A stretch of 64,000 bases of DNA from Antedon mediterranea. Its lineage: Eukaryota > Animalia > Echinodermata. How positions within the stretch are numbered: position 1 is the stretch's first letter; each line of letters starts with the position of its first letter. Where the stretch lies: contig NC_092673.1 of assembly GCF_964355755.1 (NCBI RefSeq), positions 29,695,648 to 29,759,647 on the forward strand. The letters are read 5' to 3'. A model generated the notes under the pieces. That model saw only the letters and a program-made list of their open reading frames with translations, was not told the origin of the DNA and ran no database searches. Both the position numbers and the translations under genes were made by a program. Positions 1 through 14,700 of this stretch are shown here, piece after piece.

Positions 1-26
1 GAAAAATTGACAATGCTGTTATATAT

Positions 27-160
27 TTTTTTATCTTTTAATTCATACACAACAGTGGGTAACTCGTTCATTACAGGATGGATAAACTATTGTCAGGATT
101 GAAACCCGGACCTTGGGATGGTAAGGCAAGCACGTTAACCACCAAGCTACAGCTCCACTA
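27..160 (-). mobile_element. tRNA-derived SINE copy (family A)
   Basis: Reverse complement reads tagtggagctgtagcttggtggttaacgtgcttgcc...ggtttcaatcctgac (A/B-box-like head), then a 3' part and A-rich tail shared with the copy at 44080-44497. Confidence 0.65.
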
Positions 161-1539
161 GAAAATATTGTTGAAGCTGAAAATAGATAGTAGTGAGGGT
201 TACAAATGAACACACGATTCTACTAGATGCCAATTGTACATAACTATGTTGTTTTCATCTCTGTACATATTGGACACACCTTAGCCATTGTTTTATCTTT
301 AGCTATATATCTTAAATCAATTAAATAATTAAAAGACTTTAATTTAATGTTCCTTTGTTTGATATCTTTTTGTAAAACAGACTTTTTGTCTTCCGAATCT
401 ACCAGTTCTGGTTGTGTACAGTATACCGATTTTTAATTGATTATATCAAGGTGAAATCTAGATTGTAAACACAGTTATCTCAAGCATCCACTAAAGTGTA
501 TTATAATGTATTCATCATTATTATTTTACGTGGCAATGCTGTGTATCCATTGTACAGGGAGCGGACATCTCCAACATGATGTAATAATAATGGAATTTAA
601 ACGCATTCTGTATACGAAAATAAAATAATTGAAACCATGTTATTTTCTCTTTGAATAACGCAGAGTGTTGTTTACACAGTATAAGAGGATAACATGTGTA
701 TTCATTTATCACTCATCACAGGGGTTGATCAGTTTAAATTACGAGCCTAATATTAGCCATCGCGACCATAAGGGACGTCGATTGTTGTTGGGCTAACCGC
801 TACATCAATAACATCCTAGACAGGTATTAAAAAAAAACAACAACGAAACGTGCAACAACAGAACGAGACAACAAGACCGGTGACATTACGTTCTTATGTG
901 ATTGCTTCACGTATTTTAAATAAGTTAGTGATTTACAAATCAAGCATATGTAATAATATTGAGTTGAAAGTGAAAGTGTTGGTTTCATTATCAGACCATT
1001 ACACAGAATCCTCCAGACACCCCCTACATCATTACAGCCAGTCTTCTATTTACAATTCACACCTAAACCTTAAAAAAAATCTACAGCTTGTCAAGTTCAA
1101 AAAGTTGCGTGAACATGTGGAACAAACTTGCTTTAACATCAACGATTAGCAACTAAATACCGTGTGACACTCTTTGGCAACACAGAACTGATTTGATTCA
1201 TTTTGACTGACAATCACAAGCTATGTGACATCACTGTTAATCTGATTATTGAGATAAGAACCCGCTGTAGTCGGAGACTGTACCCTACTTTCAAATCCTC
1301 CATGCGACACTACCATAGCCCACTATGTTCTTATCAACTGTTTATTATTTTGACTTCTTATAGATCTTTCTCCACCTAATTTCAAAACAACAGTCACCTA
1401 CGAAACCACTGGATACCTTTCAATAGTAATACCTAAATACTTTTTAACTTATTCGATCCCATCGACTTTTCTAGCTTCATTCCTGGCTGGTGGATGTGGA
1501 AAAAACACCATAGAGTATACTAACGTAAAAGATGCACTT

Positions 1540-1790
1540 AACACAGGCATATTTAGACCGTATTCACATGGGCATATTTGGACTGTATTCAAATGTGCAT
1601 ATTAAGACTGTATTCACACTAAAATATGTGGACAGTGTCTACATGGGTATATTAGGACAGTGTTCACACAGGTATACAGTATATGAACAGTACTGACATG
1701 GGTATATTTAGACCGTATCCACACAGGCAAATTTAGACCGTATTCACATGGGCATATTTGGACAGTGTTCACACAGGTATATTTAGAAAG
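1540..1790. repeat. Degenerate ~30-bp minisatellite, ~8 copies
   Basis: Recurrent cacatgggcatatttggac(a/c)gt(g/a)ttca units. Confidence 0.75.
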
Positions 1791-2795
1791 ACTGGTACTT
1801 TCAATACTTCACATTCACACACAACAAACTACAAATCACCTGCTTACAATTAAAATAGAACTTGTTATCTAGATGACCTTTCTAAAATGTCACAAAAAAT
1901 TAGCTTACATCTGTGAAACTGAACAAAATGTATCAAAATTGTAGAATGTTACGAATCCAATTTGATAAGGTTAAATAGGATGCCCAATTGTGAATTTCCA
2001 ATTTACAAAAAAATGTTGAAAATCCAAATGAGAAGTACATGCCAAATACAGTATATTGAAATAAAAAAGTTTAATAGTACATTGTGTCTATAGTTGTCTG
2101 TAGTATTTACATTGATTTAAAATGTTGCCAGTACATAATATTGTTGTATTTGTTAACGAAACTAATTTCCCCTGTGGACCAATAAAGATTATATAACTCG
2201 TACTGTAATTATACTACATTCAATTTTCCAGCCTAATTTATGTTTGTGGTTTTCTTTTCTAATTACCCATTTCTGTTTTAGTTGTATGTGCTAATTGGCT
2301 AATTAACAAACTTTGATTGTCGACTCTATTTTTTTTGTAGATTTCTGAACATTTTGAGGTTTTTAGAATAGTTAAGAGTGGAAATATTGTTCTGTGTAAA
2401 TTTCATTGTTTTTACACTTTGTATTATTGGTCAGAATATATTATTAATCTCATCTCAAGAAAATATGGCAATATAATGTATGATTCTCCTTTATATTATC
2501 GTATGTTATATTTCGCTGGACATCAATTACCTTTTATCAACATACATTGTACAGAATTACTCAGTATTTATAAAAGATAATTGGATAAAATCACATTTTT
2601 TTAAACAAAGTTTTTGTAAATGTTGTGAAATGAATTCAACATAAAGCGTTGTCACCAACAAGTAAATGTCCAAGCTTGATAAGCGCGACTGCATTTTCAC
2701 TTCGTTTGTAGACTGTGCAGACATCCTGCGGGAGTGGTCTGTTCCCCTGTACAACTTGGCCTGTCCTGTGAATCATACTAGCCATTACAACTTAC

Positions 2796-5700
2796 CTGTC
2801 ACCACCAATCTGCTCTTCCTCGAAACATTCGCACCTGCCCAGCACATCGTCCGTCAGGTTCTGTACGGTGCTCTGAATAGCGCCCCCACAAGCTTTTAAT
2901 GTCCGCTTCAAATCATTTTCCGTCACTCGTCCAGCGCAGAACATATCTCTGAAAGATGTAAAAAATATATTGCCAATAAATATTTTACTATATGCACTTC
3001 TCTATTATTCATGTTAACGAAATGTTGTGATAGTTTTCGATCCATCTAAATCGTACCAATAAAAACTCTCAATATCATAAAGGTATTATTAAAGTTTAAA
3101 ATAATAAATATCCATAACATAGCGGTTCAACAATAATATCAATAGTTAGTTTTCGGAATTACTTTCTTTTAGTTTAATATGAAAAAAAAAATTATGTTTG
3201 TTAACGTTTTATGAAGTCCCATAGGCTATGCTTTATTCGCAAATCCCAAATGCTATTACCGTGCTTGGCTCAAGTAATTGTTATGCCCGCAATAAAACTA
3301 AAACATTAAACCGCAACTTGGATATACAATATAAACGATTTATTAGGAATAAAGCACGGCAAAACCGACGTCCATTCCATAGGGACAGTTTGCCGCTTGC
3401 TATATCTCAGTATCCAGAACCGGGAACGGCTTTTTCCATGATCCATGCTTAAATGTTATAAATGTTATTTTCCATATTTGAGAAGTGAAAGTGATTCTGT
3501 CTCGAACATTTAATAATAGAATTAGAGAAACTGATAAGCAATTTGTAGCAATAATAGGCTCACTGGTCAACCTGTTTGCCCAACCTATCTCAAATACATT
3601 ACTATTACAGCAACTAGTCGTAGGCGAAAGAGAAACGCTTAAACACACAAAACTATATATACTGAAACCAGATACGCAAGAAGTCTATTTAGGTTTTGAC
3701 AAATCTAAAGCTCTATCTACCAATATAAAATGTGACAAACAAATGTGATGTGCCCATATATGTAAATGTTGATGTCATATCACTATCATACTTGAGCACA
3801 TCACACTTTTTTTTTTCAAACTAGTTGAGACAGACATTTACGAATGTTATACTTTCAGGAAAGCCTTGTATATTCATTGATAGAATGTGAAGTTCTCATT
3901 GTGGTTTTTCCAGCATCATTCAACATATTATTATTATTTCATGGTTTATCAAAATAAATTGGCTCCAAACCGGAATTAAAAACTGTATAAAATCAAATCA
4001 AATAAATATTCGTCTAGTAGTAGTAACGGTATTTTGTCAATTGTAATTGAAATGTACAGTACATTTTAATACATTTTAATTTGTTCATTTATATTATTAC
4101 ACCTGTATTACACCTGTATGTATTATCATAAGGCACAGTGTAGTATTCAGTATCCTTTTTTGTCTGGAAATTATATTGGGAGAACAATGATGCTGTTTGG
4201 GGAGAAAATATACCTGAATACAAGAAAATGCAACTTGGGTCAGATTTAATAAATGTCTAGTAGCAGTATTTTGTCAATTGTAATTGAAAAGTAAAATATA
4301 TCTTTCAACTTCATCTATGGTAAAGTACTTGTTTAGAATTGGGAGAATACTGATGTTGCTTGGCAAGAAAATATATACAAGAAAATGACACTTGGGTCAG
4401 ACTTAATTACAAAGATGACACAGTACTTAGTTCTAGAATGAAGCCATAAAGCTTCATGGTTCTAGGTACTAACAATTGGGACTGTACTCTTTAGAATTAC
4501 TTGATAACCACATTATCCCAAATGGCTAGATCAGAATAAGACTACATACATAATTCATGTTAGCTTACAACCACCATTACACAATGGCTAGACTTGTTGC
4601 ATCATACATACAAGACTCCATCTCCATCCCAATTAAAATCTCCGACAAACTTGCCCCCTTTCCCATGATCACAACAGACACCCCTTGCCTATTGTCACCC
4701 CCTTTCCCACAGAAGACACCCCTTGCCTATTTACATGTGCGTCTTCCTCTGGGCCACACAGTGATAATTTGAACCGTACTAAAAACAAAGACACGACACA
4801 ATACTTTCACTTGTACAAGCGCAAAATACACAACATCAGAAAATAAATCACATTCTGTATCATTTGGCCATTTTCACTCATTATTGCTAGTAATAGATGT
4901 TGACATTTCACAATTAAATCATTTCGTTTTGTAATTCTGATCTGGTTTCTGACCACAATTGTTCAGTTCTTAATTATATTCTTTCCTGCGCACGAAGCAA
5001 ACACAGGTGTCAAATACAACAACGGCATGCCCCGAGCGCCGATAAGATCAGAAGAGCATCCTCAAACGGCAATCGTAACCATATGCATCGACTCTCTAAC
5101 TGGGATCTCCTTTCTCTTTTGATGTGCCAGCCAGCAACCAACCCTGAGTCATTTTAATACATGCCAACATTTTATCAATGAGCTACAACCAATAGCAACG
5201 CAGCGATGATTGCCGACTCCTCCCACAGTCATCAGTCAGCGTTTATCTACTGTTTTTTCTTAATCCCGTCTATCAACACTTCGGCAACGTAAAGTGAATA
5301 TTTTCCCAGCAACAAGAAGTAAATAATGCCATGTTTCAAATATTAATACTAAAACAAGTATAAACACTATTGGAAAGGTATAATTGTGCGAGTTATAACC
5401 CTAGCAATAGGTCAGGATTGAACCGCGAATTTTGGGATTGGAAGGCAAGAACATTGACCAATACCAATTTACCTACAGCGCCACTACTATTAGATAATGT
5501 TAAGCATACTTTACCTATCAGCAAAATATTGAGTGGCGACATCACCAATTGGTAACTTAGATAAAACCACCTTGGTTCCACTCTTGTACAAATGTTCAAG
5601 TTTCTCGTACAAAATGGACCATTCTGCATCCACAATAGATTGATATTCCTATAAGACATATTTGAAAAAATTAGAATTAAAAAGAAAATTTAAGACATTT

Positions 5701-8700
5701 CAGAAAAATGTGTACGTCAATAGCACATATTTTTATTGTGGACAAAAAAAGAACCAGATATTGTTTGTAAATAAATTGATAAACTATCTACAAGAGTGCA
5801 AAAGTTTAAAAATACAAGGATATTGAACTTAATTGGCATAAAATAAACATACAAATGTGCTGCATTAGTACAGTATGATAGTTAAAATGTTAAATCAGAT
5901 TAAACCATATGGTAATTAGTGAATAATTGATTGGTTTTTTACAATTAGTAAATAATAATAATAACTAAATAAACATCATAATCAATCACCATTGGCTTCA
6001 AGTAAAATGAATCTTAAATGTAAAAGTCTGTTCAGAAACATGACATAAACTAGTGTATTAACATGTCAAGAACGTGTGAAGTATGTCTTCAACCCATGGC
6101 AATATAACGGTAACAATTATTCTTAAAATCTGAATTTAAATCTCACTCTGAGGGACTGAATTTACCTCGCCGCTGATCCCTGCAATTATTAATAATTTAC
6201 ATGTCAATAATTTGGCAACTTTATAACCAATTGGACTAATCTCACCCTTGTGGTGATATACACAAAATACATTAAATCGACTGGGACTGTTAATCTGAAA
6301 TTACCTAAATTACTAACTGAAATAATTATTTGCATAGTCACTTATGAAACATAACTCACTAATGAAATTATTAAATTCCATTAAGAACACATTCAACATT
6401 AAATATGACCAGATTCTGTGTCAGTATTTCATTGCCCATATTATTATGTCAAAGTTGCCAGTTATTTGCCAACCATTAAGTTTTACTCCACTAAAGTAAT
6501 GGGTCCGAATCTTCCTTTACTCTCACAACTTCCTATAGATGCTGATAGAGCTGTTCAACTAAAACCTATTATATGTAGAGGGTAAAGTTACCCGATGCCT
6601 ACTAGCGACAATAAACTGACCGCAATCACTTATAAGATACTACTAGTGCAAGATTATTTTGATGATATTTAGCAGCTATGTGCTATGATATAAGCATGTT
6701 GCCCTCAGCAGACATGATACTCCCGAATGTTTATTGCCGTTTGACATGATACCATGTTACAAGACTCTTTTTACTTTACTTTCTAATGATAAGCGATATG
6801 GAAAGTACCTTTAAATTATCCTCACATTTTAAATTACCAATGAAATTTTGCTTTGCTTTAATAAACAAGAAAAATATGAAATTACATGACGATAAACAAA
6901 ACTTGCAGATCTAATGAATTTGTCCTTAAACACAGGAAATAATATTTCAGCTAATTATAATTCTTAAATTTGTAACATAATATGTCGTTGAAATTAACTC
7001 GTAATTTAAAATGTTCATTCTAAATATTTAAAACCAGTTGAGAATTAAAAATAAGTTAAAATTTAAGCCAATTATGATTGAAAATAATTTGTAAGAAAAT
7101 ATTCATTACTGACTAATAATTTAGAAATTAAATATTTTGCTACAAAAACGATTGAGTAATATTAAAGTAACTCTCTAAATGTAATACTTCATAAAAATTA
7201 TACTGGGTGATTTATAAAAGCTAGACGAGAGTGACTAGTTGTTTCAGAAATAATATAATTCGCAACACAAGTCCCAAGGTTTTAAAGTGACAAATCGACT
7301 TTGTGTTTGTCACGGGAAAGAAACTGTCAACACTCTGCGTAACGACGTAGCTGCCGAAATAGTCATGTTTACACTTTGCGAAAAAACCTCAATGTCAACA
7401 ATAGTTAGTATCACCTTGTTATAGTGTATCGATATAAAGGCACCTGAGAATATCACAATTAAAACTTCTAACAACATTATCAATCTGACCTAGATAAAAC
7501 TAAGGGTGCAGGGGGATAGAACAAATGATGCGTCTGGGGACATGTCCCCCGAGAGACGGGGGAACTGCACCACGAGGGGACGGACTCCATCGGGGCTAAT
7601 CTCTCCCATGTCATCGAGGAAGCATTTAATATCTAACCTGTTATTATAATCACCTATGATGTAATTAATTTTTGTTAATAGCGTGATTTTTTCTGTAATT
7701 TTCTGTGTTACATCCTGACCCTATAGTTGCTATTAGTCCTTCCGTTTTTCTTTCTTTTTTTTTTGTATTGACCAGCTGTTAAAAAATTTACTGATCAGGT
7801 GTACAGCTGTGAACAGCCCAGATGTTCACTTGCCACTCTCAAGCTAAACATAGCTTATCTAATGAGTGCAAAGGGATACGAATATATTAACTACATTAAT
7901 AAGAGGAATTAAAAAGCACAGATGGTTAACGTGAAGGGGAGGAAATTATAAAGGTCAAGAAGAGGTCAACTGAGAAACTATTGTAAATACTTTATAATCG
8001 AATTTATACAACATACATTACACAAATTGCACACATTAATTCCTGTGATGATTGACTTATTTTTGTGGATTTTCTTCACAAATCACATGATTGTTGTTAA
8101 CACAGTTTACACGCAATTTTCAGCATAATGGCAACAGGATTCATTGATTAAAAGTTTGCATGGCGAAATCAAATATTGAGATATAAAGTCTGCGGTACAC
8201 TGCGTATATTAGTTCTGAAAAGAACTGTTGAGTAACTCGGGAAAATATTGTAGAGTAACTCAACAGTTCTTTTCAGAACTAATATACGCGGTGTACCGCA
8301 AACTTCAATTTATGATTCACCACAGAATTGTTTTGTAAAAAGCAAAACGATTTAACAAACTTCCATGTTTCTAGTTGCAATTTGCACAGTTGCAAGGTAC
8401 AGTGTCTTTTAGAAGTCGGTTGCAAAGAGCTAGTTGCAACAATGCAATTTCCTACAGAGCTAGAAGGCCTATAGAGAATACACACAAGTAATGCGACAAG
8501 ATCATTTTTGATAAATGATGATAAAGAACATCACGGTGTGTCCATGAACTTTTTTGACTCCGCTCAACCTGCCAAACTTAATTCACATCATGTACCTACA
8601 AACACACTACATTTGGACAGTATCTAAATGCTCAAAGTGTTCATTGATAAATCTTGACCCATGACCTCTAGTAATGTCATCTCCTGTCACAGTTGATTAC

Positions 8701-11700
8701 TTCTGATATGAGATGTTTAAAAGAGAAAAAAAAAACCTATAAAAAACTTTTTAAATAACCTTTTAAAAAGTTACATTCAAAATGTTATTCAAGGAAAACA
8801 ATTGGCCACCATAAACTAGCAATTCAGCATAACAGTGGTCAATTGACCGATCATTCTAACACTAGGTCGAAGCGCAAGGACGTACGCGCAAGGCAAGCGA
8901 GTTGCCCAATGACTAGCCCCACTGTTCGAATAATCCATCACTTGTGATTGGTCAAATCACTTGCGTTACGTTACGTTCTTGCGTTGCATTTCCAGTGAGA
9001 ACCAAGCTTTAAATATTACCTTAAATATCTCACTATAGTTTGAGAAATGAATATGTATAAAGTTTAAAGATGAATACACAGATGTCATACAGTACAACCT
9101 TTTATTTTAAAAGATTAATTCATGTTTTTGTTAAATTCTTTTTCAGCTGATTTAAACACAAAAATATAGAATTAATGTTCACAATAATAAATTGAACATA
9201 TTGTATATTATAAGTGTATTTTATATCTATAGTATATTCTTTTTTGAATACAAGCTGCAAATGTTTAATTACAATCTCACGAGGGCAGCAAACACATTTT
9301 ACTCTGTAAATCGAGTAGTTGCCTATTATCCTGTGCAATTATAATATATTTTTGTAATGCAACATCATCCACTCAGCATTCTAAATCAAACTTTGTGACA
9401 AAAAAATTCTATGTGCCCATATATGGACATGATGATGTCATATCATTACCATATTTGGACACTTTTTTTTCAAACTAGTAGTTCTAGTGGCACATCTAAT
9501 ATCTAGGTCACAGTCACAACAAAACTCTATATCATGAATCACCACTTTGATGATATTAATACTGTATTGTTTTAATTGTAAGGCATGGATATAGCCACAA
9601 CACCCTCTGGAACAATAGAAGAACAAACTTTCAACTACCATCACATCACATTTTTTTTTGTCAAACTAGTTTGATAGTGTAGACAGAGAGCTTATTGTTA
9701 TATTGAGTAATGTTATCTATGGGTGCATTACCTGTACTTACCTCAACATTATCTACTTCTACATTGTCTTTTATATCAAATGTTGTATTGAGTAATGATG
9801 TTGTTTTTGTAGTCTACTTACTTCAACATTATCCACTCTAACTTCAGCATTGTCCTTTTATATCAAATGTTTTATTGAGTAATGATGTTGTTTTTGTTGT
9901 CTACTTACTTCAACATTATCCACTCTAACTTCAGCATTGTCCTTTTCTGCTTTCAGTTCCAATTCTATATTGAGTAACGCTATCTTTGGTTTCAAGTACT
10001 TCTTTTGCTGCATCTCAAATCCTGCGTACGAGAATGTCTTTTTAAACGCTACACCTGCCACCAATCTGGAATCCTAGCAAGAAAAATGACAACAATGGTA
10101 AAGGTAGGTCCCGTGATCATTGTCTGAACGTAGGAAAGTCTCGTATTCATTGTCTGAACGTAAGGAATTCCCGTATTCATTGTCTGAACATAGGGAGTCC
10201 CATATTCATTGTCTGAACGTAGGGAAGTCCCGTATTCATTGTCTGAACGTAGGGGAATCAGCGGCTAGGAGCTCACTTTACCAAGATTGTACATTATGTG
10301 GTAGGGTGGCCAGTTCCTTTCCACGCCGTAGTAACGACTCGGCTACCCAGCTCCTATTTATTTCAGTGCTTTGAATTCAATATGTGATGTGCCCATATAT
10401 GGACATGATGATGTCATATCACTACCAAATTTGGGCACATCACTCCTTTTTTTTTTTTGTTCGTGTTGTTTGACAGTGTAGACAGAGATTTAGATTATAA
10501 TTTACCTCAAGAGCTCCTCCTTTGACCTTCTTGATGCCAATCATGTCAAGAGGTAAAAGGTCATCAAGCATCAAAACGGCATCTACTACCATCTTAGAGA
10601 AGAACTCCTTTTGGCCAGATACTAATTTAGAACTGAGAGTTGTGGACGCACACTTTGTCAAAAGGTCTCTAAGCTCCCTGTAAGAAGAAAACAATAACAT
10701 CATTAGTGGGAAAGTGGGGTTGAGTTTTAAACTGCAATCACACTGCTCTTTGAAATATGACAAAAGCCACACAGGAGGGAGATAATACCACTATCCCACA
10801 CATGGACTTTCTTGGCCAGTTTTTCCCAGCTCATGTGTAAGGCCGTCAAAAGCAACAAATATCCACCACCACAGTTTGATTGTCTTTAGTTCCCATGTTC
10901 AATCTTTTTAATCATACAACTAGTTGAGTTGCAAAATTAGAGATTAACTTACTGATTATCCTCTTTGTTAATCTTGACTGCAATCTCTTTAATCCTATCT
11001 ACAGATAGTTGAGTTGCAAAATTAGAGATTAACTTACCGATTATCCTCTTTGTTAATCTTGACTGCAATCTCTTTAATCCTATCTATAGCTAGTTGTGTT
11101 GCTTTCCTATAAGATCTCACAATGACCTGAGGATGGACATTATCTTCTACGTACACCTTAACCTGGTTTAGCAGCTCGGCCGCCAACATGGTCACTGTCG
11201 TCGTACCATCTCCTACCTTTTTAAAAACAATATATGTGAAATATATAGTGGAAACTAGTAATTGTGGTTATTCTTTTAACACTGGTATTATCTTTCAAAT
11301 AAAAATACATTAGACACTTCTATTCAAGGGACACGCATATTTCAGGGGACTGGGACACGTTTAAAAAAAAACGAAGGGCAACACATGTCCAACCGCTATT
11401 TAGGAGAAACTTTTATTAATTTGCGGGGTTCATACTTTGCTTGTTAATAGTGTATAATTCACAGTTTTTAAAATATCGCACATACCTGTACCTTTCTTGC
11501 GCTGTATGCATGAGGATATTGTTTTATAATTAGTAAGTATAGTACACACGAAAATTTAAATATGAGCTTACCTCCGCATCTTGTGACTTGGCAATATCAA
11601 CAAGAGTCTTTGCTGCAGGGTGTACAATATCAAGTAGCTTCACGATTGTTGCACCATCATTTGAAATTGTTACATTTCCTAGGGAAAAAATAGAAGAAAT

Positions 11701-14700
11701 GTTACTTACCATCAAGCAGACACATGCATGATGGTTTTCGCAATGCAACGTCAAAAAGTTCATTATAAATATCTTACCTCCACCCTGTGCGATGAGCTTA
11801 TCCATCCCCCTTGGGCCTAGGGTAGTACACACCACATCATATTATTATATTACATTTAATATCTTAACTCCACCCTGTGCGATGAGCTTATCCATCCCCC
11901 TTGGGCCTAGGGTAGTACGCACCACATCATATTATTATATTACATTTAATATCTTACCTCCACCCTGTGCGATGAGCTTATCCATCCCCCTTGGGCCTAG
12001 AGTAGTACACACCACATCATATTATTATATTACATGTGTTAATATCTTACCTCCACCCTGTGCGATGAGCTTATCCATCCCCCTTGGGCCTAGGGTAGTA
12101 CGCACTGCATCTGCTACCACTTGACATGCTGTGATGTTACTAACAACTTGAGATTTTCCTTGAGACGCCTCAGTCCCTTCTTTCAACAGAATTATTTGTG
12201 GTTGCTGAATAAAGAACACAAAATCGATACTTTCAATGGAGGAATGTCTGTTTCTGCAAACTGCGATTAAATCAATACTTAATACATTACTGTATGTATC
12301 AAGAAAGAATGGTGATTACATTTGGTAGGTTGTTTTTTATCTCATAGCATGGTCATAACGTAAATCAAAATCATTTATTTTTATCGGTCAATATTTGTTA
12401 ATTTACTTTGTTGTTTATTATTTATAAAAAAAATTTTATTCATCTAATCATAATTAACTGGAAAAGAACTGAAACTTTTGCCTTTTGTTGAGAGATTACT
12501 TAATCAGAAACCCAATATCGAACATGGGCAAAATTATGCAAACAAACTTTTTCTGCACCTAGGTTAGTCTTTTATGTTTAGGCAACGGATGATACCCACT
12601 TATCTGAAGTTTCATATCTTTTTAAACTTTTCATGATTTGAATGGAAAAATAAATGTGCAATGCCTGAAGAAAGGTGTTTTTTGGTAACAGCTTGTCATT
12701 TCACTTCTCATTAACCCCAGTCAACTCAATCATGTATAATTTAGACACAGCTTGCCAAAATCCATTCGTATTGTTTGAACGAAGCCTGTATGTACAGTAC
12801 AGTAGAACCTCCATTTTACGTACGGTACGGGACCGAAAGGCGTACGTAAAACAAAGGATTCGTAAAATCAAGGTTGACCTTAAATTGACCCCAACAGCCC
12901 TCGAAATTGGGACGAAATGACCTCGGCAAAAAAATGCCGACGTAAACGAAGCCCACCTCGGCAACACGTCGGCATTTTTTTTGTTCAGCCCCCAAAGCTT
13001 TTTTTAGTATTCAATCACACACACATTAACTGTACTGTACCTAAAAATAGCTGTGTTATAATGTACAGCGCATTTGCGGCGCGGCTTGCTCTCTAAATAA
13101 TAACCACGCAAACAAACCACGTGGTTTTCAATCCCCAATACAAGTTGGACTCTTCCATTCTCTCAGATCAGCCAAGTAACAATAAGTCATGTGATTTGTC
13201 ATGCCTCACTAAACTCACATCATACGACGATAGAGCTGCTGAGCGTGGTTCGTTGTTGTTGTAAACGCCGGAGCGGTCTAGGCCTAGGCCTAATAATAGC
13301 TCCAACGTACAGTACAAATATTTAAAGATATATTTAATTCACTTGTAACGAAGGTAAATTTGAAAAAAACTGTAATACAGTAGGCATAAAACTATCTATT
13401 TGCTGTGTATGTGGTAGGCCTAAATCAATAAAAAGAGCCCCGGCAAATCAATGCCGTGGTAAGCTAGCAGGACCTCGGCATTTACCTCGGCATTGCCGAA
13501 TGCCGAGGTAAATTTCGCGGGCTGCCCCAAATACGTAGAGATCGTAGCTATAAAGGCTACCCTGTTTGTCTACTTTACTGAACAGCATGCAGGTTGTCAC
13601 TAGCTAGGCCTTGCCTAGACTATTCAGGCCAGGCTAGCAGGCCTAGCAAGATGTGAGGCCTAACTAGAAAAGTACAGTACTGTATATACAGGCTGTGAGA
13701 TGTTTAAATAAAGTGTAAAATATCAATGTTCTTGTATTTTCTATCAATAAAAACAGTCGCTGCTTAAATGCACGTGCGTAGCTTGTCTCAAACACACAGC
13801 CATAGCTTTGTTGTGCTTTGTTGTTGTTAAATTGCGCCCTCAATGTAAGAAAATGATGACGTCATCGGTTATTTTAAGCGTATGTAAAATCAAGGGAACG
13901 TAAAATCAGGGTACGTAAAACACAGGTTCTACTGTAGGTTATAAAGCAGCTATTCCAAATGCATTATTATCATGGTTAAACAAACTGTGGTGTATATTTT
14001 TCGCCGTGGTTAGGATTCCGGCACCGGAACTCAACTGCCCAGCGTTAGGGAATCCGACACGCTATTGCGCATGCCCAGAGCGAGGTAATCGGTGACTCTA
14101 TACATCAACAGCGATGGATCATTTAATAGCTGCGCCACACGGCGAACTAGCCTAGTTAGATGCCTACGAATATGGGATCCACTATAATCTAGGCTAGGGC
14201 TACCAGTTAGAAGTAACCAATGGGCCTATAGTATTTATTTTGTAATTAAAAAGTGGTTGCTTCATTCATATATAAAATTCATATCATTATGAATATATAA
14301 TTACATGACTAGTTTTATGATTTTTCATAACGCATTATACTGTACATAACAACATGCAATCACAAGTTGATTTGTTGACGGCAGCCACCGCGTGGATGTG
14401 AAAAAACTGTTCGGGAAGTCAGGGTCGCAACGCTAAAAACAGCATTACGATTCTTAGATAGATACTGATACTTATTAATATCATTATAATTATTTTAACG
14501 CGTGGCGTAGTCGTATTTTAATTATTAATTCATGTATGGCATAGGCCAAGTTTCATCCATCGCTCTCTCGCTCGCGCAACGACTATCTAGGCTACAATAA
14601 ATCCCTATAACACTCGGACTCTCCGTGGTGTGGTGGTGGTGTGGCACTATTAGTGCAAGCTATAATTCACTTCCCAGAGCTAGGGACTGGCATATATTTT

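Noticed and set aside
830-1500. Possible decayed LINE remnant (KYLGIT-like on the minus strand near 1425-1445)
   Set aside because: Only one short motif is visible; too degraded to support without an alignment.
1-2790. Remaining CCT7 3' exons or intronic snoRNAs
   Set aside because: No YNFFTGC-like exon or convincing C/D-box pair was found by eye; the next exons probably lie outside the window, and an Infernal/Rfam scan would be needed for snoRNAs.
4010-4410. Degenerate ~240-bp direct duplication in a CCT7 intron
   Set aside because: Old local duplication not tied to an exon edge or TE ends; noted only as background tandem duplication.
11792-12124. 110-aa plus-strand repeat ORF
   Set aside because: Antisense to the CCT7 exon 2 duplication array; no independent coding evidence.
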